Origin: Pedobacter sp.
GTDB lineage: Bacteria > Bacteroidota > Bacteroidia > Sphingobacteriales > Sphingobacteriaceae
Direction of reading: 5' to 3'
Assembly: GCA_035497275.1 (NCBI GenBank)
Contig: DATJDT010000096.1
Span: forward strand, 1 to 35,500
DNA: 35,500 nt
The notes below the pieces were generated by a model. That model did no database searches, was not told the origin of the DNA, and saw nothing but the letters and a program-made list of their open reading frames with translations. Positions 27,810-35,500 of the stretch are shown in pieces. Positions within the stretch are counted from its first letter, which is position 1; each line of letters opens with the position of its first letter. Both the position numbers and the translations under genes were made by a program.

Positions 27810-28484
27810 ATGCATATGCTTTTGTTGATCCAAGATTACCTAGACAGCGCTCATTTTATTACACAAAGTGAAGTGAATAAATTTCTGATGGCAACGTTAC
27901 TTTGCGGATTAATCGGTGCGGAAAGAGAATTTAGAGGTAAGCAGGCTGGCTTAAAAACAATGATCATGATTGGTTTAGGCTCCACCCTATTTACCCTTCT
28001 TTCTATCAAAATCGGATTAAATAGCCAAGACCGTATTGCTTCCAATATCGTAACTGGAATAGGGTTTTTAGGTGCTGGCGTAATTTTTAAAGAAGAAAAC
28101 AGGGTAAAAGGGCTAACAACAGCTTGCGTCATATGGATAGTAGCCGCTATAGGAATGGCCATTGGCGGCGGATATTATGTACAATCCATTGGTGTCACGG
28201 CAGTTGTCTTAGCGGCGCTGTTAATTTTTCCTTTCGTAGAAAATTTCGTAGAGCGTCATTGGACGAAAAGAACTTATCGTATTGTAAAAAAATATGAAAA
28301 CGAAAGTCTAGATACTTACGAAGATTATATTAGGACCTCTAAATTAAAACTACATCGTGGCAAACAAGAGCTGGCCAACGGCATCATTAGCGGTTCGTGG
28401 ACAGCAGTTGGAAGCCCTAAAAACCACAAAAAATTTGTAGATAAAATGTTGAGGGATCATAAAATCCTCGAATTCGATTTTTAA
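27810..28484 (+). CDS. MgtC/SapB family membrane protein
   Basis: LIGAERE, AGLKT, RIASNIVTGIGFLGAG and GLTTA motifs. Confidence 0.92.
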   Translation: MHMLLLIQDYLDSAHFITQSEVNKFLMATLLCGLIGAEREFRGKQAGLKTMIMIGLGSTLFTLLSIKIGLNSQDRIASNIVTGIGFLGAGVIFKEENRVKGLTTACVIWIVAAIGMAIGGGYYVQSIGVTAVVLAALLIFPFVENFVERHWTKRTYRIVKKYENESLDTYEDYIRTSKLKLHRGKQELANGIISGSWTAVGSPKNHKKFVDKMLRDHKILEFDF

Positions 28485-28487
28485 TTC

Positions 28488-29882
28488 CTAGCTCATTTTA
28501 AACACCAAAGCGTGCTTTAAACTTTTTACGCTCTTTGGCAAGGTGATCTGCAAATCATCCCCAACCTTTTTCCATTTAACCGCTGTTTTTAAGCCTAGCA
28601 AAGTAACTTTTCGTGGCGCAAGTGGTATTCCTTTAATCACAAGAGAAGTTGGCATTTCCTTACCTTCGGCAATTAGCTGTAGGGCGTAAATACTGCCGTT
28701 TTTACTTTTGGTAAAACATACTTGTTCAGTTTTATAAGGAGCAATCGGAACGGTTTCGTAGATTGCTTCTTTATTAATATCCATCCAATTGCCTATCTCC
28801 GTTAACCGTTGTAGAACTGGCTCAGGGAACGTGCCATCAGGTTTAGGGCCCACATCAAGCAAGAAGTTTCCACCTTTAGCAACGATATCAATTAACAAGT
28901 GAACTAAGGTATTCGTACTTTTATAATTATCATTGGGCACATAACCCCACGCCCCGCCCATGGTCATGCATGTTTCCCAAGGATAGTCTAATGGTTTTTC
29001 TGGGATCTTTTGTTCTGGTGTTTGATAATTTTCGTATTGACCATGAACCGTACGATCTACCATAATCAATCCCGGCTGCTTCGATCTTGCCATTTCTGCA
29101 ATCTTAGGCATATTGATATCCTGTCCAGCTGCTGGTATTGGCATACCCCATGATAATACTTCTTCGTTAATAGTCCCTTTTGGCCTTACCCAACCTCCAT
29201 CTAACCATAAAATATCCATTTTACCATAATCACTCATCAACTCCTCTATTTGGTTATAGGTATATTTTTTAAACTGCTCCCAACGCCATGGGTGTTTAGT
29301 GATATCGTAATTATAATTTCGATCGGGTGTGGCATACATTGGCCACCAATAATATTCACTGTGCCAATCGGGCTTTGAGAAATATGCACCAATCATAAAC
29401 CCATCGTTCCGAAAAGCATTAAACACTTCTTTAGCAATATTTGCTTTTGCATTACTGTGAAAAGGCACGTCAGACGCTGTCACTTTATAGTTAGATTGTT
29501 TTGTATCGAACATTGCGAAACCATCATGATGCTTAGTTGTGAAAACTACATACTGCATACCCGCTTTTTTGGCATAACTAGACCAAATTGTAGGATCGAA
29601 TTTGGTAGGATTAAATTGTTTGTTTAATCCAAAATACCATTTCTTATAATCGTCGTATGCTATAGTGCTATCTCGAGAAATCCATTCTTCATTACAAATA
29701 CTCCAGCTTTCTATAATCCCCGGCACGGCATAAATACCCCAGTGCATAAATAAACCAAACTTTTTATCGCTCCATTGAGCTAACTTGGCTGCAACTTTTG
29801 GGTCGGTTGGTGCTTGATAATGTTGCGCAAAGCCGCAGAAACAACTTACTAAAAGAATAACAATAAGGGTAATTTTTTTCAT
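28488..29882 (-). CDS. Alpha-L-fucosidase (GH29)
   Basis: Signal peptide; KFGLFMHWG, TTKHHDGF, LWLDGG, WETCMT and GGNFLLDVGP. Confidence 0.93.
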   Translation of the reverse strand: MKKITLIVILLVSCFCGFAQHYQAPTDPKVAAKLAQWSDKKFGLFMHWGIYAVPGIIESWSICNEEWISRDSTIAYDDYKKWYFGLNKQFNPTKFDPTIWSSYAKKAGMQYVVFTTKHHDGFAMFDTKQSNYKVTASDVPFHSNAKANIAKEVFNAFRNDGFMIGAYFSKPDWHSEYYWWPMYATPDRNYNYDITKHPWRWEQFKKYTYNQIEELMSDYGKMDILWLDGGWVRPKGTINEEVLSWGMPIPAAGQDINMPKIAEMARSKQPGLIMVDRTVHGQYENYQTPEQKIPEKPLDYPWETCMTMGGAWGYVPNDNYKSTNTLVHLLIDIVAKGGNFLLDVGPKPDGTFPEPVLQRLTEIGNWMDINKEAIYETVPIAPYKTEQVCFTKSKNGSIYALQLIAEGKEMPTSLVIKGIPLAPRKVTLLGLKTAVKWKKVGDDLQITLPKSVKSLKHALVFKMS

Positions 29883-29932
29883 GTGTAATTATATTTAATT
29901 TAGCGGATCAAGACGCCGCTACTACATTCTAT

Positions 29933-30934
29933 TTAAAAAGGTATTGAAAATTTAATAGGGATATTATATCTTACCCTCACCGGAACGCCTCTAATTTTTC
30001 CAGGAATCCATTTTGGTGAGAATCTTACCACGCGTTGTGCTTCATAGTCTAGTGAGGGATGAACGGCTCTTTTCACCTTTACTTCAGTTATACTTCCATC
30101 CTTTTCAATGGTAAACTCTAAGTAAACAGTACCAGTGGCCCGCTCCTTCACAGCATCTGCTGGATACTTCATGGTGTGGCTAATATATTCATAAAATTTT
30201 TGAATGCCTCCTTTATACTGAGGAGCATCAAAAGCAGTCACATACTTATACTGTACACCATCAATGTTTGATTCGCCGCCCATAGACTTTCCCATTTCGT
30301 ATGTCTCCACAAAACTAGACTCTTGTTGCATTCCACTTCCCTTCCAAACTCCATGCTTAACGCCTTCTTTATAATCTCCCTCTTCGATAGTCTGCCCTTT
30401 ACCAGTTCCATTCACTTCAATAACATGTCCATTTCCATCTTTAACTAACTCCACACCAAGAGAATCAACAAGATAAATTAATTTAACATATGGGTTAAAT
30501 ATTGCACTTTCGGGAGGGAAGATAGTGGAAGTAGGCGGACTGGGATTAAACGCTAAATACTCTATTTGTTTATGTATTTTCCCATTTTCAAAATATCGAT
30601 AAGCCATCCCCAATGGCATTCCATTTTTATAGGTTGTCACATCTTCTCTTCTCCCCGCGGGATTATACTTCACCACTACCCCTTCAAATACTAGCCTTGG
30701 ATCAAACGAAGAAACTTTGCCTGCCGTTTTTCGTTTGCCATTTGCATAAAATTCTTGAAATACAAAATCTGTTTCTCCCGAGTCAGGCTCTTGGATTATC
30801 CTGATAAAATCTGCACTATCTTTTAGCTGTACCTCCTTACCATTATTTTTAAAGAAATAAACATTTTGTTTTTTTTGTGCTTGGATACTAGTAAGCACAA
30901 AATATACGCAAACAAAGAGGTAAACTTTTTTCAT
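29933..30934 (-). CDS. TonB C-terminal domain protein with MORN-like N-terminal repeats
   Basis: FYANGKRK and YFENGKIH repeats; YPADA...[13 protein letters not shown]...[10 protein letters not shown]. Confidence 0.8.
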   Translation of the reverse strand: MKKVYLFVCVYFVLTSIQAQKKQNVYFFKNNGKEVQLKDSADFIRIIQEPDSGETDFVFQEFYANGKRKTAGKVSSFDPRLVFEGVVVKYNPAGRREDVTTYKNGMPLGMAYRYFENGKIHKQIEYLAFNPSPPTSTIFPPESAIFNPYVKLIYLVDSLGVELVKDGNGHVIEVNGTGKGQTIEEGDYKEGVKHGVWKGSGMQQESSFVETYEMGKSMGGESNIDGVQYKYVTAFDAPQYKGGIQKFYEYISHTMKYPADAVKERATGTVYLEFTIEKDGSITEVKVKRAVHPSLDYEAQRVVRFSPKWIPGKIRGVPVRVRYNIPIKFSIPF

Positions 30935-30992
30935 AATTACTTTTATGGGAGCGAAGATAAACGATAAAACAGATATAATCGTAAATTTGCAT

Positions 30993-32420
30993 ATGCCAAA
31001 TGAACAAATCTCAGTTTTTGATATCTTTAAAATAGGAATAGGCCCCTCAAGTTCTCACACGCTGGGACCTTGGCGTGCAGCCCAACAATTTACAAACTCC
31101 TTAAAAAAACTGGATTTATTAAACGATGTAGTTCAAGTAAAGATATTGCTCTATGGCTCACTTGCTAAAACTGGTAGGGGGCATGGTACTGATATCGCTA
31201 TTTTATTAGGTTTAGCAGGGGGTGATCCGGTTACTTTTGATGTAAATCAGATTGATAGTACGGTGGAAAACATCAAGCAAACTAAAGAGCTAGCATTAGC
31301 TGCGACAAAAAAGATCGAGTTCTCCTATGCGGATGATTTAATCTTTTTATTCGCTGAGAGCCTACCTTTTCATCCAAATGCAGTTACATTTCAAGCATTT
31401 TTAGCTTCTGGAAAGGCATTTTCAGAAACATATTATTCCATTGGCGGGGGCTTTGTAGTAAAAGACGGCGAAAATGGAAGTGAGAAAGAACAGGTAGATC
31501 TTCCCTTTCCTGTAGAAAAAGCGAGTGAGCTTTTGCACTGGTGTCTATCAACGGGTTTAAAGGTAAGCGAAATTGTAATGGAAAATGAGGCAGCCTGGCG
31601 ACCAGAAGCAGTTACAAAAAAAGGTATTCTACAGCATTATCAAGTGATGAAGGAATGCATCTATAGAGGCTGTCATACTGCTGGTTTTTTACCGGGAGGA
31701 TTAGACGTAGCCCGAAGAGCTGCAGCCTTAAACAAAAAGTTATTAGCTGGCAAAACCTATTCTGATTATGATAGCTGGATAGATGCCATTCGAACTGGAG
31801 GAAATGGATTCAATTATATTTTAGATTGGGTAAGCTGCTTCGCCCTTGCGGTAAATGAGGAAAATGCAGCCTTTGGTCGAGTGGTTACTGCACCAACAAA
31901 CGGAGCTGCTGGCGTAATTCCGGCAGTACTTCATTATTTTATTGCTTTCTGCGATGGTTATAAGGAAGATAAAATTATCCAATTTATTGCATGTGCATCA
32001 GAAGTGGGGAGCATTTTTAAAAAAGGAGCTACCATTTCCGCAGCAATGGGTGGCTGTCAGGCCGAAATAGGTGTTTCTTCTGCCATGGCCGCAGCAGCCT
32101 TAACTGAATGCCTAGGCGGTTCCCAGAGACAAGTTCTTATGGCAGCGGAGATTGCAATGGAACATCATTTGGGCCTAACCTGCGACCCTATAGGAGGCTT
32201 GGTGCAAGTGCCTTGTATTGAACGTAACACCATGGGCGCCATAAAGGCAATTACTGCCAGTCAGCTCGCATTGCAAAGCAACCCTGATAAAGCGAAAGTA
32301 AGTTTGGATGCTGTAGTAAATACCATGTGGGAAACAGCATTAGACATGAACTCCAAATACAAAGAAACTTCTGATGGAGGACTAGCAACCAACATCCCTA
32401 TAAGTTTACCGGAATGTTAA
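30993..32420 (+). CDS. sdaA: L-serine ammonia-lyase (Fe-S dependent, single chain)
   Basis: [35 protein letters not shown] and PCIERN. Start MPNEQ at 30993 follows a TAAATTTG -7 box (30982-30989). Confidence 0.95.
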   Translation: MPNEQISVFDIFKIGIGPSSSHTLGPWRAAQQFTNSLKKLDLLNDVVQVKILLYGSLAKTGRGHGTDIAILLGLAGGDPVTFDVNQIDSTVENIKQTKELALAATKKIEFSYADDLIFLFAESLPFHPNAVTFQAFLASGKAFSETYYSIGGGFVVKDGENGSEKEQVDLPFPVEKASELLHWCLSTGLKVSEIVMENEAAWRPEAVTKKGILQHYQVMKECIYRGCHTAGFLPGGLDVARRAAALNKKLLAGKTYSDYDSWIDAIRTGGNGFNYILDWVSCFALAVNEENAAFGRVVTAPTNGAAGVIPAVLHYFIAFCDGYKEDKIIQFIACASEVGSIFKKGATISAAMGGCQAEIGVSSAMAAAALTECLGGSQRQVLMAAEIAMEHHLGLTCDPIGGLVQVPCIERNTMGAIKAITASQLALQSNPDKAKVSLDAVVNTMWETALDMNSKYKETSDGGLATNIPISLPEC

Positions 32421-33087
32421 AAATCCATTGTAAATGCATCTTACCAGAATAATGTAGTCCATCGCTAGCAACTAGTGATAAATCTGTAGCAGCCTTTCGC
32501 GAACTAGGAGTTATGTCGGTATAACTTATGCTTAAAGCTAAAGTCTCTTCTCTATTGATGGCATTGAATGCATCTATCTCAGCAGCGATAACTTTTACAT
32601 CTCTTCCGCTCGCTAAGCCAAATGGTGTTACGCCCCAGTCGGGTATAGAAATTACAAAAACCCGATCCGTATTCCCTCCTGCAAAGTTAAGGGCAGTCTG
32701 CAGCAATTCCTTAAACTCCTTCCGATAAATTTCTTTCGAATAATCCCGGTATTGGTTATTCACCCCAATTAGTAAAGTAACAATATCAAAATTCTGCGTT
32801 AGCTTTTCTGCTTTAATGGCGGCCTGCAATTCATCGGTTGTCCACCCAGTTTTAGCAATTATTTTTGGATCAGCAACATTAAGGCCTTTCAGTTTCAATT
32901 GAGCAGCAAACTGATAAGGAAATGATTCGTTTTGTGCAACAGCTTCTCCAATGGTATAAGAATCGCCTAAAGCAAGATATGTTAACGGTGTTTTACGACT
33001 AATTTTTGGATTCACAGTTATGGTTTTTTTACAGCTCAATATTACACATAATGGCAATAAAAACAAGTATTCGTTACAATTTAACAA
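32398..33087 (-). CDS. SGNH/GDSL hydrolase, putative lipoprotein
   Basis: [14 protein letters not shown] and DGLH motifs; LSC lipobox. The start is uncertain and the 3' end overlaps sdaA by 23 bp. Confidence 0.8.
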   Translation of the reverse strand: MLNCNEYLFLLPLCVILSCKKTITVNPKISRKTPLTYLALGDSYTIGEAVAQNESFPYQFAAQLKLKGLNVADPKIIAKTGWTTDELQAAIKAEKLTQNFDIVTLLIGVNNQYRDYSKEIYRKEFKELLQTALNFAGGNTDRVFVISIPDWGVTPFGLASGRDVKVIAAEIDAFNAINREETLALSISYTDITPSSRKAATDLSLVASDGLHYSGKMHLQWIFNIPVNL

Positions 33088-33120
33088 CTTCGAATCGCTG
33101 TTCCTTTAAAGAAATAGGCC

Positions 33121-33816
33121 TCAGAACAAATCCATTTTAAAGAGTGCAGCAACATGGCTTTTCAGCTTTTCTTTTACTTCTTCCATAGGTAAAGGTTTAC
33201 CTAATTCTCTTTCCATTGAGGTTACATCTTTATCATCAATTCCACAAGGCACAATATTTTTAAAATAATTTAAATCTGCATTCACATTGAAAGCAAAGCC
33301 ATGCATAGTTACCCATCGACTGCAGCGAACACCCAATGCGCAAATTTTTCTTGCCTTTTCATTGTCGGCATCCAACCACACACCAGTAAAGCCTTCATAT
33401 CTCCCTGCTTTAATACCATAATCGGCCAAGGTTAAAATTACTGCCTCTTCAAGGGTTCTCAAATACAAATGGATATCAGTAAAAAAATTATCCAAGTCCA
33501 GAATTGGATAGCCCACTATTTGTCCGGGTCCGTGATAGGTAATATCGCCGCCACGATTAATTTTATAATAGGTGGCGTGTTTTTCCTTAAGGCCTTGTTC
33601 ATCTAACAAAAGATTTTCTGGATGCCCACTTTTCCCCAAAGTATATACATGCTGGTGCTCACAAAACACCAGATAATTTGAAGTAGGAAGTCCCGTACTT
33701 TCTGTGCGATTCTTCGTTTTCAAGGCAACGGTACCTGTGAATATTTCTTCCTGTCTATCCCAAGCTTCTTGGTAATCTATCAGTCCCCAATCTAAAAATT
33801 TAGTTGCTTTATTCAT
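33121..33816 (-). CDS. lipB: Lipoyl(octanoyl) transferase
   Basis: EHQHVYTLG, RGGDITYHGPGQ, KICALG and IVPCGI. Confidence 0.96.
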   Translation of the reverse strand: MNKATKFLDWGLIDYQEAWDRQEEIFTGTVALKTKNRTESTGLPTSNYLVFCEHQHVYTLGKSGHPENLLLDEQGLKEKHATYYKINRGGDITYHGPGQIVGYPILDLDNFFTDIHLYLRTLEEAVILTLADYGIKAGRYEGFTGVWLDADNEKARKICALGVRCSRWVTMHGFAFNVNADLNYFKNIVPCGIDDKDVTSMERELGKPLPMEEVKEKLKSHVAALFKMDLF

Positions 33817-33818
33817 AA

Positions 33819-34463
33819 CTACGGCGCTACTACATAACCCAACATATATCCATCTTCAGTTTTAAAATAATTTACATCTAATGATTTAACACCCTCTGGC
33901 AATTCTACAACTGCTTGCAAAATGCCTTCATCTTTGAGTTTAAAAGGTTTAATGTGGATATGTTGTTTAAATTCTAATCCTTTTCTTCCATTCCATTTGT
34001 AAATAGCCTCTTTAGCACACCAGCTAACATACAAGCCGTTGGTATTATCGCCAATCTGTTTTTGTGCTAATTCAACATCCGATAAGAATTTATGCTTGAT
34101 GCTTTTTATCTTATGTTTGATCAATTCAATATCAACGCCAACTTTTTTATGCTTGCTCATAATTACAGCGGCATAATCATATGAATGGCTTAACGAGATC
34201 TGTGTATCAGAATTTACTAAGTAAGGCTTTCCATGATCGTCCATTTGACAATCGATATAATCTGCCGTATTTAACATTGTTCTTAAAAGTAGGCGGGTAC
34301 TTAACCAATGCAAAGCACGCTTTCCGTTGCTTAAAGATGCGATTACATCAAGTTCATGCTGCTTTAATTGTAGACCTGCAAGCAGTTGTTCCTCAGTTTC
34401 TTCGATCTTCCAAACTGCAAGACTTGTGTGCTCGTCAATATTTTTACGATATACTATGGGCAT
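33819..34463 (-). CDS. 4'-phosphopantetheinyl transferase (Sfp-like)
   Basis: GKPYL, ISLSHS, VGVDIE and WCAKEAIYK. Confidence 0.88.
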   Translation of the reverse strand: MPIVYRKNIDEHTSLAVWKIEETEEQLLAGLQLKQHELDVIASLSNGKRALHWLSTRLLLRTMLNTADYIDCQMDDHGKPYLVNSDTQISLSHSYDYAAVIMSKHKKVGVDIELIKHKIKSIKHKFLSDVELAQKQIGDNTNGLYVSWCAKEAIYKWNGRKGLEFKQHIHIKPFKLKDEGILQAVVELPEGVKSLDVNYFKTEDGYMLGYVVAP

Positions 34464-34530
34464 CTCTTATTTAAAAAAGTAATGCAAAAGTATCTTAAAT
34501 TAATCATAATTTAGTCCAAAATACTTAAAA

Positions 34531-35067
34531 ATGATCCTCTCAGATAAACACATCTTACAAGAAATAGATAAAGGAACCATCATTATAGAACCTTTTAAAA
34601 TCGATTGCTTAGGCACAAACTCTTATGATGTGCATTTAGGCAAGTATCTTGCTACTTATAAAGATCGTGTATTGGATGCAAAAGCACATAATAAAATTGA
34701 ACATTTCGAAATTCCAAAAGATGGTTTTGTATTGCAACCTGGCACCTTATATTTAGGGGTGACTTTAGAATACACAGAAACGCATGCCCATGTTCCCTTT
34801 CTCGAAGGCAAAAGTAGTACAGGAAGATTAGGGATTGATATTCATGCAACAGCTGGAAAAGGCGATGTTGGATTTTGCAACACTTGGACCTTAGAGATTT
34901 CTTGTGCGCAACCCGTTCGTATTTATGCGGGAATGCCTATCGGGCAGCTCATTTACTTTGCTGTTGATGGCGACATTACCAATATGTACAATACAAAAGA
35001 CAATGCTAAATACAACAATAAAACGACTAAACCTGTTGAAAGCATGATGTGGAAAAATACCTTTTAG
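34531..35067 (+). CDS. dcd: dCTP deaminase
   Basis: MILSD, GKSSTGRLG, GDVGFCNTWTLE and IGQLIYF. Confidence 0.93.
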   Translation: MILSDKHILQEIDKGTIIIEPFKIDCLGTNSYDVHLGKYLATYKDRVLDAKAHNKIEHFEIPKDGFVLQPGTLYLGVTLEYTETHAHVPFLEGKSSTGRLGIDIHATAGKGDVGFCNTWTLEISCAQPVRIYAGMPIGQLIYFAVDGDITNMYNTKDNAKYNNKTTKPVESMMWKNTF

Positions 35068-35103
35068 CTTAACCAACTAATTTTTTAAGATTTAATATAA
35101 AAT

Positions 35104-35139
35104 AAGCCTTAGGTTTTGTAACTTAAGGCTTTATTATTT
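35104..35139 (+). terminator. Probable intrinsic terminator after dcd
   Basis: AAGCCTTAGGTT-TTGT-AACTTAAGGCTT followed by a T-rich tail. Confidence 0.65.
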
Positions 35140-35149
35140 AGATCCAAAT

Positions 35150-35500
35150 ATGAAGACGAGGTTTTTTGCCCTTTGTGCGTTGCTCATTAGCACACTTACC
35201 ATTTCTGCTTTTGTAGCTGCTGAAGATCCATTTACAGAATTATTAAAAAAGTTAGAAGAATTCACTAAAAAGTATCCTCAAGAAAAAGTACATCTACATT
35301 TAGATAAGCCATATTACGCGATAGGAGATGATATTTGGTTTAAGGCATACGTAACTGATACAAGAACTAGTGCTTTAACTACTGCCAGCAAAATATTATA
35401 CGTAGAACTAATAGATGAGAAAGACTCGCTAAGGCAACAGCTAAAACTACCGCTGTTAAGTGGTATAGGCTGGGGCGATTTCAAATTGCCTGATTCATTA
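35150..35500 (+). CDS. Large exported MG2-like / TonB-plug-associated protein, 5' part (runs off window end)
   Basis: Not in the ORF track. Manual translation: MKTRFFALCALL...PQEKVHLHLDKPYYAIGDDIWFKAYV...LYVELID...GDFKLPDSL. Confidence 0.75.
   Translation, partial: MKTRFFALCALLISTLTISAFVAAEDPFTELLKKLEEFTKKYPQEKVHLHLDKPYYAIGDDIWFKAYVTDTRTSALTTASKILYVELIDEKDSLRQQLKLPLLSGIGWGDFKLPDSL

Overview
AT-rich chromosomal segment of a Bacteroidota, probably a Pedobacter-like Sphingobacteriaceae (inferred from TAnnTTTG promoter boxes, the miaB-bEBP-lptE-TPR-secG order and protein style). It is mostly housekeeping: purD, ilvE, tryptophan 2,3-dioxygenase, S9 peptidase, miaB, lptE, secG, groES/groEL, GH29 fucosidase, sdaA, lipB and dcd. 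The main non-routine signals are five. (1) A REP-associated (RAYT-like) Y1/HUH tyrosine transposase at 8703-9293 is flanked by loopless 54- and 48-bp palindromes, and a third copy sits 18 kb away after groEL. All three share a 32-bp core but have copy-specific outer arms, and two carry an identical GTAG-containing 14-mer at identical spacing. (2) A helically phased, bi-oriented 11-bp repeat array lies between secG and groES. (3) groEL carries a single in-frame amber codon. (4) A HAD phosphatase-SerA fusion has lost its NAD-binding domain but keeps the ACT domain. (5) A tandem DUF1016-N-like protein has no visible nuclease domain. No rRNA, tRNA or CRISPR array was seen. Family names come from recognising motifs by eye, not from database searches.
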